Assembly (NCBI GenBank): GCA_043228905.1
Contig: JBHGNT010000007.1
Span: forward strand, 18,972,001 to 19,036,000
Direction of reading: 5' to 3'
Origin: Azolla caroliniana
Taxonomy: Eukaryota > Plantae > Polypodiophyta
DNA: 64,000 nt
Within the stretch, counting starts at the first letter, position 1, and each line of letters begins with the position of its first letter. Of this stretch, positions 24,908 through 37,896 are shown piece by piece. The notes beneath the pieces were generated by a model. That model did not search any database. It saw only the letters and a program-made list of their open reading frames with translations, and was not told where the DNA came from. The position numbers and the translations under genes were made by a program.

Positions 24908-24920
24908 TTGAACCGATTTG
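24908..24920 (+). promoter_or_regulatory. Self-priming PBS complementary to LTR positions 24699-24711
   Basis: TTGAACCGATTTG is the reverse complement of CAAATCGGTTCAA, which starts 32 nt after the TATA box start; no TGG-type tRNA PBS. Confidence 0.85.
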
Positions 24921-25000
24921 CCGCCGATCTTCCTTTCCTCCTGTTCCTTTCCTCCTGTTCCTTTTATCTTCTTATTAATCCTCTTAGCCTCCCTAGTAAA

Positions 25001-26140
25001 ATGGAAACTGTTAGCGCTCAGGAATACCAATCTGTCTTCTCGGAGCTCCAGTGCTTAAAAGAGAAATTTGTAGCACTAGAACAAGAAAATCATCGCTTGT
25101 TGGGGGATCTTCAACAAATAGCGTTGGAAAAACAACAACACGGGGAGCTGACACTACGTGTACAACAACTCGAAGCGACTATCATATCATTACAACAACA
25201 AGGATCAAGCACTCAAGGGATTCACAAAGAACCCAAGATCGGTATTCCTGCAAAATTTGATGGGACCCGATCACAGTTTAGAGGGTTTTTAAATCAGGTA
25301 CGTTTAGTGATACAAATGCATCCTTCTCGATATCCCACCGATGCATCACGAGTGGGACTAATAGGCACTCTCCTTAGTGGCTCAGCGTTAGCATGGTTTG
25401 CTCCATTGTTGGAAAAGGATTCTCCATTATTAAACAGTTTTGAAGAATTTATAAGTGAGTTTAAGGCCTGTTTTGGAGATACTGACAGCATAAGGACTGC
25501 AATCAACAAAATCCGGCGATTACGCCAAGGTGATCGTCCAGCTTCCGCATACGCTGCAGATTTCCGCCTACTCGCTGTCGATATCCCTTGGGATGATCAC
25601 GCATTGATGGAGCAATTCCGTTATGGCTTACGCAACGATGTCAAGGATTTACTCTTGACCTTCCCCGAAGAGCCAAAGTCATTAACAGAAGCAATTAGTC
25701 GCGCGGTGAGATGCGACAACCGCCTCTTCGAACGACATTCGGAATGACAATTCCAGATTCCGAGGGCAAGATCAGAGCCTACCTATGCCTCAGTGGTAGC
25801 GAAACCTTTTCCGAGGGAGTCATATACTGTGCCTCCAGCAAATACTCCAACTCCAATGGAAATTGACACCACACGTCGTCGTGGACCGCTATCGGAAGAA
25901 GAAAAGCAACGACGCCGAGCAAACCGATTATGTCTTTATTGCGGTGGACCACGGCATATCGCGATAAACTGTCCCCATAGGCCAAGAAGGCAGGTAAACC
26001 AAATAGTTGCTAGTTCTGATTGTACTAAACCCGAGTCTATTTCAGTAGGGATATCTGATAGCCCTAATAGTACTAATAGCCCAAATCTAGCGAACAAATT
26101 TGATGTCCTTAGTCAGTTAGAAGAAGAGTTAAACGACTAA
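25001..26140 (+). pseudogene. gag (PEG10/sushi-like capsid and CCHC knuckle) with in-frame TGA at 25745-25747
   Basis: [36 protein letters not shown]; ORFs 24908-25747 and 25793-26140 share one frame. Confidence 0.9.
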
Positions 26141-29100
26141 GTCCAGCCAAAATAGGAGCCGTTTGGTTGGACAGCCCTAGATCTGTGCAGCCCATTAGTG
26201 GTTCCATTCCCTCTAAGCAAGTTAGCAATGTGTTCGTAGCCCAAGTAGTAGTTAGTACTAAAAGTACTTCTCCAGTACATGTCTTAGCACTTCTAGATTC
26301 CGGAGCTAATTCTTGCTTCATGGATAGGAAATTTGCCCAAGCTCATCAGATATCTCTCAGAAAACTCCCGTGTCCTACCCTTGTAGTAGTCGTCGATGGT
26401 CGTCCCATTGCCTCAGGAAATATCATAGAAGAGTCAGAACCCGTTAATGTTGTCCTAGATAATCTAGCATGTGTCATATCATTTAATATAATTAGCATCC
26501 CAGAACACCCCATTGTCTTAGGATTACCATGGTTCGAATTACATAACCCAGACATAGATTGGCGGACAAGAGAAATCCGGCATCGAAAAGCCCGAGGTTC
26601 TACTCATGAGATTGCAACGATTTCACTACATCAGTTGCGTGAGGAAAGATGCAAGGAAGAAATGTTTCTCTTTGCAATATCAATAAACCCCTCCAGCACC
26701 CCTAAAGAGGATTCCATCGTTCAACTTCCAGAGAAGTATCATCAGTATGCCGATGTGTTTGATAAAGTACAAGCTAGTACGCTTCCTCACCATCGACCAT
26801 ATGATTGCCCCATCGATTTACAACCGGGGAAAGAGCCACCTTGGGGACCGATCTACAATTTATCACCAACCGAACTGGAAGTCCTTCGAGCCTATATAGA
26901 GGAGAATTTGGAGAATGGTTTCATACGACATTCGAAATCTCCAGCCGGCGCACCCATTTTCTTCGTCAAGAAAAAGGATGGCTCACTTCGGCTCGTTGTA
27001 GATTACCGTGGCTTGAATAAGGTTACAATCCGAAATAGGTATGCACTCCCCCTTATCTCAAGTCTTTTAGAACGGATCAATGGTGCCAGGTTCTTCACGA
27101 AGATCGACTTACGGGGAGCCTATAACCTCGTACGGATCCGACCAGGAGATGAATGGAAGACCGCGTTCCGCACCAGATATGGGCACTTCGAGTATACGGT
27201 TATGCCGTTCGGCCTCACTAATGCGCCAGCAGTCTTCCAGCACATGGCAAATGATATTTTCCGAGATCTCTTGGATGTGTGTCTAATCATCTATTTGGAT
27301 GATCTACTGGTTTACTCGAAGACCCAAGAAGAGCATGATTCTCATGTACTGTTAGTACTAAAACGACTTCGAGAACATGGTCTCTATGCAAAACTGGAAA
27401 AATGTAGTTTCGGGTGCAACCAGGTGGAATTTCTCGGCTACGTCATTTCCTCAGAAGGCATCTCCATGGACCCAGCTAAGGTCAAAACGGTGGTAGAATG
27501 GCAGACTCCGCGTTCGGTGCGGGATGTGCAATGCTTTCTAGGCTTTGCCAATTTTTACCGGAAGTTTATAAAGGATTACTCAAAGCTCGTTTTGCCTCTT
27601 ACACAACTTACTAGGAAGGGACAATCATTCGTTTGGTCTGAAGAAGCGGACATGGCTTTTGAGAATCTTAAACAGGCATTTACATCGGCTCCGATTCTAG
27701 CTCACGTTGATCCAGAAAAACCATTCATCATCGAAGCGGACGCATCAGATTTTGCATTAGGAAGCATTCTATCACAACGAGGTAATGATGAAAAGCTACA
27801 TCCTGTGGCTTTTCACTCACGCAAGTTTGACGCCGCCGAAATCAACTACGAAATTCATGATAAAGAGTTATTGGCTATAGTGGACTCTTTTATGCAATGG
27901 AGGCATTTTTTAGAGGGATCTTCTCATCAAGTCACTGTATTCAGTGACCACAAAAACCTCGCCTATTTTCAAGACGCTCGTGTGTTCAATCGACGTCAAG
28001 CTCGGTGGGCCCATTTTCTCACGCGTTTCGACTTCAAGATTACATATCGACCTGGGAAACATCAAGGGAAAGCAGATGCATTATCACGGCGTTCGTACCT
28101 AGCACCGCGTCCCGGCGAGCCAGCTTTTGATAACCAAAAGCAAGTAATCTTGGGACCGGCACGACTGCAAGCAACACAGGTCTTTGGCATGCCCATGGAT
28201 TCCCACGTTATCGATATCATACGTGCGAACCTGAAGACAGATGCTTTCGCTCAAGCTATACTAGCACAAATTGATCCCTCTCGAGTGTCGTGTTCACAGT
28301 CGCAACCACCAGGTATGGACTATCGGCAATTCAAATACCATGATGGATTACTCTTCTTTAAAGAACTTTTGTATGTTCCTAATGGTTCTTCCCGCCTTCA
28401 AGTAGTACAAAACTGTCATGACACATATACAGCTGGGCATTTTGGTAGTACTAAAACATTAGATTTAGTACAACGATCATTCTGGTGGGCCCGTATGCGA
28501 CAATTTGTCGAAGACTTTGTTCGGACTTGTGACACATGCTGCAGAGCGAAAATGCCAAGGCATCATCCATATGGTTTATTAGAACCATTACCAATTCCAA
28601 GCAAGCCGTGGCAATCCATTGCTCTAGACTTCATCACAGATCTTCCAGTCTCTAAGGGATTCAATGCGATTCTAACAGTGGTAGATCGATATACGAAGAT
28701 GGCTCATTTTTTGCCATGTACTAAGGAAATCTCCAGTGAAGACACCGCCGAAATTGTCATGCGTGAAGTATGTCGGCATCATGGACTTCCCGATAGTATC
28801 GTCAGCGACCGTGGACCCCAGTTCGTGTCAAAATTCTGGAAGCACCTTTTTAAAATGCTCAAGGTCACTTGTAACCTCTCCTCCGGCTACCACCCACAAA
28901 CCGACGGCCAAGCCGAACGAACAAATCAAACGTTGGAGCAGTACCTGCGGTGCTTCCTCAGCTATCATCAGGATGACTGGGCAGATATTCTCCACTTCGC
29001 CGAATTCGCCTATAATAACTCTATCCACGCATCGACTAAAGTTACGCCATTTTATGCTTATACCGGATGTCACCCCCGATGGTGTGTACTTGAAATCCCA

Positions 29101-29706
29101 GAGGTGTCCACAAATCCTTGCGCGGAGGATCGTTTGGAGCGGTTACGTAAGATACAAGCGGATTTAGCTACTCATCTCCAACAAGCTCAGCAAACACATA
29201 AGGTTTATGCAGATCGTCATCGACTCCCATCGAGTTTTAACATTGGAGATCGGGTATGGCTACTCCGACGACACATCAAGACTACTCGCCCATGCGAGAA
29301 GTTGGATTATCGGCGCTTAGGTCCTTTCCGTATCACAGGAAAGATTAATGATGTCGCTTTTCGTCTCGATCTACCTCCACAACTTCGGATACATCCGGTG
29401 TTTCATAGTTCTCTCCTTGAACCCTATCAAGAGAGCACCATCCCAGGACGTATTACACAGCCTCCACCCCCGATCGAGCTTGAAGATGGACCTGAGTACG
29501 AAGTTGCCGCCATCCTTGATTCCAAGATTGTTCGCAACAAGCTATACTATCTAGTCGATTGGCTAGGATATAGTCCTAGTGAGCGTACTTGGGAGCCGAT
29601 AGAGAATGTCACCAATGCTCGTGCACTTCTTGAAGACTTCCATCATCAATATCCAGACAAACCGGGTCCTCAATCCAAAACGACTCGTTACACTCGTCGT
29701 TTTTAA
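26113..29706 (+). CDS. pol (protease, RT, RNase H, integrase, chromodomain) in the -1 frame relative to gag
   Basis: Frame open from 26113 to 29706; [27 protein letters not shown], integrase HHCC/DDE, GPF, chromodomain. Confidence 0.95.
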   Translation, partial: SVRRRVKRLSPAKIGAVWLDSPRSVQPISGSIPSKQVSNVFVAQVVVSTKSTSPVHVLALLDSGANSCFMDRKFAQAHQISLRKLPCPTLVVVVDGRPIASGNIIEESEPVNVVLDNLACVISFNIISIPEHPIVLGLPWFELHNPDIDWRTREIRHRKARGSTHEIATISLHQLREERCKEEMFLFAISINPSSTPKEDSIVQLPEKYHQYADVFDKVQASTLPHHRPYDCPIDLQPGKEPPWGPIYNLSPTELEVLRAYIEENLENGFIRHSKSPAGAPIFFVKKKDGSLRLVVDYRGLNKVTIRNRYALPLISSLLERINGARFFTKIDLRGAYNLVRIRPGDEWKTAFRTRYGHFEYTVMPFGLTNAPAVFQHMANDIFRDLLDVCLIIYLDDLLVYSKTQEEHDSHVLLVLKRLREHGLYAKLEKCSFGCNQVEFLGYVISSEGISMDPAKVKTVVEWQTPRSVRDVQCFLGFANFYRKFIKDYSKLVLPLTQLTRKGQSFVWSEEADMAFENLKQAFTSAPILAHVDPEKPFIIEADASDFALGSILSQRGNDEKLHPVAFHSRKFDAAEINYEIHDKELLAIVDSFMQWRHFLEGSSHQVTVFSDHKNLAYFQDARVFNRRQARWAHFLTRFDFKITYRPGKHQGKADALSRRSYLAPRPGEPAFDNQKQVILGPARLQATQVFGMPMDSHVIDIIRANLKTDAFAQAILAQIDPSRVSCSQSQPPGMDYRQFKYHDGLLFFKELLYVPNGSSRLQVVQNCHDTYTAGHFGSTKTLDLVQRSFWWARMRQFVEDFVRTCDTCCRAKMPRHHPYGLLEPLPIPSKPWQSIALDFITDLPVSKGFNAILTVVDRYTKMAHFLPCTKEISSEDTAEIVMREVCRHHGLPDSIVSDRGPQFVSKFWKHLFKMLKVTCNLSSGYHPQTDGQAERTNQTLEQYLRCFLSYHQDDWADILHFAEFAYNNSIHASTKVTPFYAYTGCHPRWCVLEIPEVSTNPCAEDRLERLRKIQADLATHLQQAQQTHKVYADRHRLPSSFNIGDRVWLLRRHIKTTRPCEKLDYRRLGPFRITGKINDVAFRLDLPPQLRIHPVFHSSLLEPYQESTIPGRITQPPPPIELEDGPEYEVAAILDSKIVRNKLYYLVDWLGYSPSERTWEPIENVTNARALLEDFHHQYPDKPGPQSKTTRYTRRF
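26128..26180 (+). promoter_or_regulatory. -1 ribosomal frameshift signal
   Basis: G_TTA_AAC heptamer, 6-nt spacer, 11-bp stem GTCCAGCCAAA/TTTGGTTGGAC. Confidence 0.75.
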
Positions 29707-31309
29707 GGGGGGATAGTGTCATGATATGGCAAGACTCGAACCCATGACCTTATGCTACATGGGTCGAGCTCTTGACCATCAGACTATACATTGTAATACA
29801 TAGAATATTATTTTCATTTATGTTTTATTTTAGAAAATTGATGTATATTCCAGATTTCTCTGGAACATTCTAGAAACTTCAAGAGTATTCCTTGGAACAC
29901 TATAAAAGGAGGCACGAGGCATTATTTCGAACCAAATCGGTTCAACGCCAGTCTTAAGCCTCCTAAGCTACTGTACATTCTCTTCACATAATATATATCT
30001 TTTCTTATCATCTCTCTCTCTCGATCTCTCTCTCTCTCCCTCACTCACTCTTTCCTTCTCTCGAGAATTCTTCACCTCTCTTAGTACTAATACTTCTTTT
30101 AGTACTAAATCCTTCTCTGTCTTAGTACTGTTCCTGACAGATGCTACCAATCTCATTGTTATTGCTTGGAATGAGATCACGCAGGAGACACTTTTTAATT
30201 GCTATAGAAAGATAGATATTATTCCATCATTCCATATTAATGATGTTGAAGTTGTTGAAATGGAAGATCAATGCCTTGATGATCTTGTTGCTTTGTTATG
30301 TAACTACAGTTTGCTTGAAAATGCACATAATATAGAAGAAATTTGAGAGGAAATCATGGAATGTGTCAATACAGATGCAAATGAATCCGAAAAACTTAAT
30401 CAAAATCTCCTTGAAGAGATTGATGAAGTTATAGTGCAAGCATCCAACACTAATGAACCACTTGCAGATGATGAAAACGATTCAGATTCTGCGTTTATTG
30501 AGATGCAAGATATGCATGGATGCTTAAAGGAAGACGATGTGATTATTCCTAAAGTATTGCAAAATATTGCTAATACCGAACTCATGGTGAACTCGATAAT
30601 GACAACAACTTATCTAAGTTCTAAGAAAGCAAACCAAGTGAAATTAGCTTTATCGAGTGCTCGTAGAATTATTCAAGCAAATTCTGCTATTGTTTCTAAG
30701 CGTATCACTAAAAGTAGGCAAATGACCCTACATGATTTTGGTATGAAATAGCGAAAGACTTAGAAATCTCATTTTTGTTCATTTTTTGCGATTGTTCTAA
30801 TCAATCTTAAAAGTATGCACATGACCTTACATGATTTTGGTATGAAATTGCAAAAGAACTTAGAAATCTTATTTTTATTAATGATTTTGTTGTTTTTTGA
30901 ATTATTGGAACATAGTTTCAATTTGGTTGAATGTATTTTTCTGCAAAACAATGTAATTTTTTTGAACAGGATTTTGACATCTATAAAAAGCGTATTTAAT
31001 AGAATGGCGAACTTAATTGGACAGGTACTTAACTGAATGGTTATTGTATAACCATTTCACTAAATCTTGAGAGATGTACAAATTTAAGGAATTAGAATTA
31101 GACTTTTTATCGTCCATAAAGAGGCCAATTTTGACCTATGGGACCAGAGTATACATGTGTTCTTGATATGTGTCTCCTTCCTAAAAAGGGGTATTCATAC
31201 ATTTAAGCTCAATGTCTTTATGCGTGAATAACGCATGCACATATTCTAGGTGGTGTCTTAAGTATGACACTTAAGTTATCACTCCCTCTTAATATGTCAT
31301 CATATCTTG

Positions 31310-31400
31310 AACGAAATTGCACAATATGCCGAGCATGTGAAGAGCAAGTGACATTCATTCTCTACCATGCCTTCATTGCATACTTTACATGCCCTAAAAT
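31310..31400 (-). pseudogene. LINE C-terminal zinc-knuckle fragment
   Basis: RACKVCNEGMVENECHLLFTCSAY (CxxC...E..H....C). Confidence 0.6.
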
Positions 31401-32090
31401 TCGTTCCATCTTGATACCATGAGGAGACAGAGAGAGAGAGGAGAGAAGAGAGAAAAAAAACAAGAATGGAGAGGGGAAGAAGAAAAAGAGAATTTGTTTT
31501 TATTGATGCGCTCTCTATCGGCAACGGAATTGGGCACTAAACAAACGTTAGAAAGCTCTCTATTAGAGCTTCGTAATGAGATACAACAAGTTAAAATTGG
31601 TGGTTTGTAAGAGAAGCAATGATAGAAATAAGGAATCTTGTGTTGTCGGCATCCACATACTCAACAGACATTGCGGCTCTTCTATTGTCTTCATCATCTT
31701 CGACCTCTTCAATTGGGTGAGTTTTGGTTGTCTCTTTTGTTCATGGAAAATTGTTTTTATCCTGGATCAATGGATAATGGATATAAACATGAATAATGGA
31801 TATAAACATGAATTCCTCACAAATTGTGGGGGGCATCAATATGGATACAATTGATCAAAAAAAGATTAATGTGATAGTTGAATGTAATCGTGAAAGGGAA
31901 GACATTGGAAGCTCTAAGAGCTTTAAGGGTAGTGAGGAAATTAATAAGAAAAAATTGACATATGTGGAAGTAATACATGTAGATGAGGTTGACAAGGATC
32001 ATTGTAATTGGGATAAATTCTGGGGAATTACCAATGCCTTGTTGTCTGATTTTGTGGAAGAAAATGAAAATGAAGCGAAAGAATGCATTA

Positions 32091-32714
32091 TGTGGAACCG
32101 AATCGGGATGCGGACTAGGCCATACCAAAAGCAAATCAGACGGATCGGGCGGGTTGGTTGATCGCGGTGCATGGTGTCTTAAAGATAGTATTTTATGCAT
32201 AAAAGAAAAAGATGTAAGCAAGACTCGAACTTTGCACCTCCAAGATAGGAAGCAATAGGCTTACCATTAAGCCAAATCATTTCTTTAGAGATTATGTTTT
32301 TATCATTATAGCTTTACATGTAAATTCTCATATTAGAGCTTGATTGAGTGACATGTGATGCATGAGCGCCAAATGGCAAACATGCATCACATGCATTCCA
32401 TGCATTGTATGCATGTCTTATACCCTCACATGCATCATATGCATGGGAGCATCTATAAAAGGGTGGATGAAAAAGATCAAAGAGAGCGATGTATTAATCA
32501 AGAAATTAAAAGTAAGAAATTTGTTATCCAATTGATGTATCAATCTTGTTCTCTCAATCTAAAGTCAAGTGTTCTATCTTATCTCAATCTCTCTCTCTTT
32601 CAATCTATCTTAATTCCTTTCTCGCTAAAGCTAGTGCAAACTTCGAGTCCTTCCGATCCAGAACCCCAGTGGTTGCACCTCACGATCCACGCGTAGTAAC
32701 GGATCTTCACGACA
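32091..32714 (+). repeat. LTR of the TGTCG...CGACA family (5' boundary uncertain)
   Basis: Homologous to 3438-3983 and 16719-17596; ends CACGACA; no clean TSD found. Confidence 0.7.
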
Positions 32715-32825
32715 ACATTACGAAACATTAAGATCATTCATTGTATGTATGGAGTAACTAATGTTCAATGAAGAAGAGGTCTTCTTCGACAATTCTCACA
32801 AGTTCTCTCTAGGTGTAATGCATTA

Positions 32826-33704
32826 TTGATACATGCACCATTAGATGAGGAGCTTTTCGATATCCAAAGTCAATTGCAGGTTATTATTTCTCAATTGCAA
32901 TGCCAAAGTTATCATTTTGTGAAGATGCATCAACTGAAGGATGGGCTCATAGATAATCAATGTAAATCTCATTTGTTTTTCCAAGCGTTACATCCTACTT
33001 ATGCTCGATCGAATGTGGTACATGTGAAGCAAGGGGATAAATTGATAGTGGATCTACTACAATAATTGACATATGTGCTCATTACTTTAAGGAGTTGATT
33101 GGCCCACAATTGTTAATGACAAATGAGGTGAGTAGAGCACATCATGAGTTTTATGATGTGGTTGGATGTATTGTGCATGACTTCATTAGTCATGAATTGG
33201 ATGCGGATTTTATTGAGGATGAGGTGGACACGGTTTTAAGGCATCTTCCTAGTGGTAAGAGCCTTGGTTGGGATGACTTGACAAATGAAGTTTTTAAGGG
33301 ATATCGAACATTTTAAAGGGGCCCTTAACTTTGATGTTTCAACATTATTGGGATTCTGGTTATATGCCTCAAGCTTGGAAGGTTGGTCTAATTAAATTAG
33401 TTCTAAATGTGGCATCTCCCAAGTCATTTCATCAATGGAGACCTATTTCTTTGATGGGGAGGTTGTATAAGATATTTGCAAAGGTCTTGGCAAATAGATT
33501 ACAAAAGTATTTACCAAAGTTGATACATCCTACCCAATATGGTTTTATTGCATGTAGGGATGAATATATTACACAATGTGTTAAATGTTCAAATGACCAT
33601 GGATTATGCTCGAAACACTCATCAAGAATTGATTATGGTGCAATTAGATTTGGAAAAAGCTTTTGATCATGTTAATTGGCCATTTGTTTCTAGGTTAATG
33701 CATA
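32826..33704 (+). pseudogene. L1-type LINE ORF2, start of RT
   Basis: LPSGKSLGWD, WRPISL, YKIFAKVLANRL, IHPTQYGFI, LDLEKAFDHVNW. Confidence 0.88.
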
Positions 33705-36312
33705 TGTAAAGAGGAGCAAGAGTGGCTGAGATGCAGCGGAAGGACTGTGTGTACGTAAGGCAAAAACACAGAGAGAGTTTAAGATAGAGATAACTATATA
33801 TTACATCCAACAATAACAAAGTTACAAAGGGTTGGTGTAAATACCAACTAAATTAGGGCAAGCACCCTTTCTATTATTTACAAAACTAGCCTGGTATGTC
33901 TATGAGCTAGTGGGAATCCTATTTCTATGGGAAGTTGAGTTCGATTCTCAACACGCCCCTTCGAACACAACTTCCAGATATCGAAAAATGGTTTCGGATC
34001 GGTCCAATTTTTGGAACGCTTCAAACTTCGATTGTTCGGCTCTTTTTTTGATTGCGTACTCCTTGTTCGACTTCGATCAATCGATCAGTTCGATCATTTC
34101 ATTATTCTGTCCTCCTCCTCAAGCTCGGCTGGTCCAGAAGAGATAGATCAAGGTTCGACGCGAACTACCACAGCTCGTCGATACCAAAGGCTTTCATGAA
34201 AATGTCGGCTACCTGTAGGTGCGTACTGATATGTTGTAAATCGATATCTCTGGCATGTACACGCTCAGGGATGAAATGATAGTGCACTTCGATGTGCTTA
34301 GTCCGCGCATGGAATAAGGAGTTCCGCGCCAGGTAGATATTGCTCATGTTGTCACAGTATAGACGAATTGGATCTTTGATGAGTACACCCAACTCCTTCA
34401 GTATACGCTTGAGCCATACGGCTTTGCATGCGGTGACTGTCATGCCCCTGTATTCAGCTTCTATGCTCGACAGTGCGACTGTCGGTTGCTTCTTACTGCT
34501 CTAGGAGATTGCTCCGTTACCAAGAGAGAAGATGAATCCGGATGTGGATCGTCTATCTGCTTTGTATCCTGCCCAATCTGCGTCTGCGTACCCTTCAAGT
34601 TGAATGATCGTATTCGACTTATACATGATGCCGTAATCCATTGTCGTGCTGACATACCGAAGTATCTGCTTAACACAATCCAGATGAAGATTTCGCGGAT
34701 TTTGCATAAATTGACTTAGCATGCCGACCAAATAGTTGAGGTCGGGTCTCGTGATGGTTAGATAAATTAAGCTACCGATCAGTTGACGATACTGAGTCGG
34801 CTCGCTCTCGGTCGTGCCGGAGTTAGCATCGATCTTGAAATTATGCTCGAGAGGGGTACACACAGGTTTGCACTCCGTCATTCCGAACTTGTAGAGTAAG
34901 TTGAGAACGTAGTGCTGTTGTGATATCATTATTCCGACTGGTGTTCGAATTACTTCAATGCCTAGGAAGTAATGGAGCTCGTGCAAGTCTTTCATTTCGA
35001 ATCTTCCGGAAAGAAGTGATTTGACCTTGTTAATCTCGGCTAGATCTTTCCCTCTGATGACCAAATCATCCACATAAAGGATGATGACAATCGGGTTATC
35101 CGACTCGTTTCAGATGTACAAAGAAGTATCGGATTTTGACATTCGAAATCCGATCTAATGAAGATACTGTGTGATCTTCGAACGCCACACACACGGTGCT
35201 TGTTTGAGGCCGTAAAGTGGTTTCTTAAGTCAACATACGGTGTGCGGATAGTTACGCGATTCAAATCCGGGTGGTTGAATCATATACACTTCCTCTTCTA
35301 ATTCTCCTTGGAGGAAGGCGTTTTTCACGTCCATATGTTGGAGGTGCCACCCTTTCGCCGTTGCCAAGGCAATTACAGTACGTACAGTGGTCATCTTTGC
35401 CACCGAGGCAAAGGTCTCTTCGTAGTCTATGGCGTAGGTTTGTGCATATCCTTTCGCAACAAGACGTGCTTTGAAGCGATTTATAGAGCCATCGGCATTG
35501 TGCTTCACCTTGTAAATCCATCTACAACCAATTGCTTTCTTGTTCGGCGGGTGAGGAACGAGATCCCATGTCTCGTTTTTGCATAACGCTTCCATTTCCT
35601 CATGCATCGCGTTGACCCATCGTGGATCCGTTACGGCTTCGGAAAGTGTTTCCGGCTCCCGTACTGTCGCTAACGGATCCACGATGGGTCAACGCGGACA
35701 GTACGTAAGCGATTGCACCAAAAATGCGAACATGTGATAAGTCTGGCTTCTTTCCAAAGAACTTCTCATGAGGAGTTACGTTGTGTACTCCCGAGGTTGT
35801 GCACCTCTTCATGAGGTATACGACCATGTTTGCCGCTTCTGCCTAGTACGATTTCGGCAGATTCTTCTCATTCATCATAGCACGAGCGACTTCTACTATG
35901 TGCCGGTTTTTACGCTCAACTACGTCGTTCTGCTGACGTGTGTGATGGCATGAGAATTCTCGTCGAATTCCTTCCTTTCAGAGATACGCCGTAAACTCAT
36001 CCGAAAAGTATTCTTTGCCTCCATCCGATCGAAGGCAGCGTACATGCCGACCCGTAGCTTTTTCGACTTCAGCTTTGACCTCTGGAAGTGTCCAAACACT
36101 TTGCTCTCTTGTCTCATCGGGTAGATCCGACTGTTCCTGGAGAAGTCATTGATGAACGTGACAAAGTGCCGGCAACCGCCGGATGTAGCTGTTTGGGCTG
36201 TTCCCCACACATCTGAATGTACAACATCCAGGATTCCTTTGTTCACATTCCGCTCTTTTGGGCATGGGTGATGGTCTTGCTTTCCGAATTGGCATGCTTC
36301 GCATTCGCCCGT
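33705..36312 (-). mobile_element. 3' half of degenerate Ty1/copia B (integrase, RT, RNase H; 3' LTR 33705-33953)
   Basis: CEACQFGKQ, HSDVWG, KARLVAKGY, YADADWAG, TKHIEVHYHF; internal deletion near 35700; LTR TG...CA with PPT remnant. Confidence 0.85.
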
Positions 36313-36624
36313 TGTCGTGTGAATCTTCACACACTATGTAAAAAAATAATGAAATAATTATTATAGATTAGATTAGTAGCTTACTATAGAAAGATGGATA
36401 TACTCAAGAGCTTCAAAACAGTTTTTACTATATACAAAATGGAGAAATACATATCAAGCTATGTGAAAATAAAGTTTGAGAAGATAGGGAAATTAGAACT
36501 ATCCCATATAGATAGGAAAGTTAAGGCCCTGGCTATATAAGCACCTTGAGCTCCCTCATTTTTCATTTGTGCTAAGAGCACTTTGGCCACTTTGTCTTAA
36601 CGGATGATGGTGGCCAAATTCCCT

Positions 36625-36900
36625 AAAACCGGAAACCGGCCGGTAAACAAATCCGGAAACCGGCTGGTAAGCAAATCCGGAAACTGGTCCGGTAAGCAAA
36701 TCCGGAAACCGGCCGGTATGCAAACCGGAAACAGGTCGGTAAGCAAAACCGGAACCGCAACCGGCAAGCAAACCAGAACCGCAACCGGCAAGCAAACTGG
36801 AACCGCAACCGGTCGGCAAGCAAACCGGAACCGGCCGGCGAGGGATTCGGCGATCGAGCGGAACAGGCCGGCGAGGCGATCGAGCGGAACCGGCTACCGG
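36625..36900 (+). repeat. CCGG-rich ~23-bp tandem repeats in LTR U3
   Basis: Recurring AAACCGGAAACCGGCCGGTAAGC-type units. Confidence 0.85.
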
Positions 36901-37612
36901 ACGAGGTTGGACACGGACGGACGGAAGATTGGATCATGCAACAAACTAAAGTAAAGTGAAGAGAACTAAAGTGAAGGCCATGTGGGCGCAAGCAACTAAA
37001 GTTGGAGTGCATGCAAAAAGTAAAGGTCATGTGGACGGTCACATGCAACTAAATGAAAAAGCCATGCAACTAAAAATAGATGCAACTAAAAGAAAAAGCT
37101 ATGCAACTAAAAGTAGAGGCCATGCAACAAAAAGTGGACATGCAGATGATCAAGGGAGAACTCCATATAAAATTCCATTTTTTTTCCTACACTCATACTC
37201 TCTCCATATTATCTTAATTTTTTTCCTTTTCTTTTGGGAGCTCTCTTATCTTATCGAAGCCAAGAACCCTAAATTTCCTTACGGAAGTCATAAACCCTAA
37301 TTTCCTAATCAAAGCCATATAAATAAAAAACCCTAATTTTCGAATTGAAGCTACAAACTCTAATATTCTAATTAAATCCATATTTCATTTCTTCTAATCT
37401 ATTACTCTAGTCATCTCCATTAGCAAACTTTTGTAATCCCAGTCTTGGGATCAATTGTAATCTTTCTTTCTGCTTGTTAATGAAATTTGTTAATCTTTCT
37501 CATTTCGTTTAATTCTTAGTACATAAATACACGAATTTGATATCCTCTAGTCAAAGGCCCCGGGGTCTTGCCTCAACGTTCACGTATCCTCGTCGTATTT
37601 TCGCGACATCTT

Positions 37613-37630
37613 TGGTGAACCCGACGTGAA
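37613..37630 (+). promoter_or_regulatory. PBS complementary to tRNA-Trp
   Basis: TGGTGAACCCGACGTGAA matches the 3' end of plant cytosolic tRNA-Trp(CCA) as recalled (...TTCACGTCGGGTTCACCA). Confidence 0.85.
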
Positions 37631-37896
37631 ATGAGGTAGTAGGAGGATATCAAGTACGAAGATGGCTTCGACAAGTGGAACTCAAGGAGAAGAATTGACG
37701 AAAGGCATGGTGTCCGTCGTCAAATTCATGCTGAAAGAGAGAGATCGCGATGCTTTAGTCGACAAAGTTGTTGACCGAACTGTGGAGACAGTTGGAAGAT
37801 TCGGTGGCAAGAACATCACAAATTTCCTTGCTACCTACCAGAACGAGATGCAACAAAGAGATGTCCATGATCTAAAACAAATTTCAAGCTTTAAGC

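Larger units (their letters stand above)
24483..30139 (+). mobile_element. Full-length Tcn1-like chromovirus, very young
   Basis: 423-bp LTRs 24483-24905 and 29717-30139 with no difference seen; TSD AATGC/GATGC; gag, pol with chromodomain; PPT AAGGGGGGATAG. Confidence 0.97.
23348..30751 (+). pseudogene. pogo transposase, split at 24482/30140
   Basis: HTH region, YPELEECLYAW, GWFRKF, YNIDET, ILDNAPGH, QPMDMGII; the reading HLL-DATNLIVIAWNEIT resumes after the insertion. Confidence 0.88.
22143..31046 (+). mobile_element. pogo/Tigger-type Tc1/mariner DNA transposon interrupted by the full-length chromovirus
   Basis: 22-bp TIRs CAGTAACCATTTAGTTAAGTAC (2 mismatches) flanked by TA on both sides; CENP-B-type HTH and DDE_1 transposase. 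Confidence 0.92.
36313..37896 (+). mobile_element. 5' end of a tRNA-Trp-primed Ty3/gypsy (Phygy/Selgy-like): LTR 36313-37608, PBS, gag start
   Basis: TGTCG...CGACA LTR; PBS at 37613; ORF from 37662 with RFGGKNITNFLATY gag-like motif, cut by hAT 2. Clade name is inferred. Confidence 0.82.

Noticed and set aside
31405-31420. PBS-like TGGTATCAAGAT on the minus strand
   Set aside because: Short, imperfect match with no supporting LTR pair or gag.
36556-37300. ORFs in the LTR at 36313 (GCGSGLLA and TGNR repeats)
   Set aside because: Translations of U3 tandem repeats that are open in several frames.
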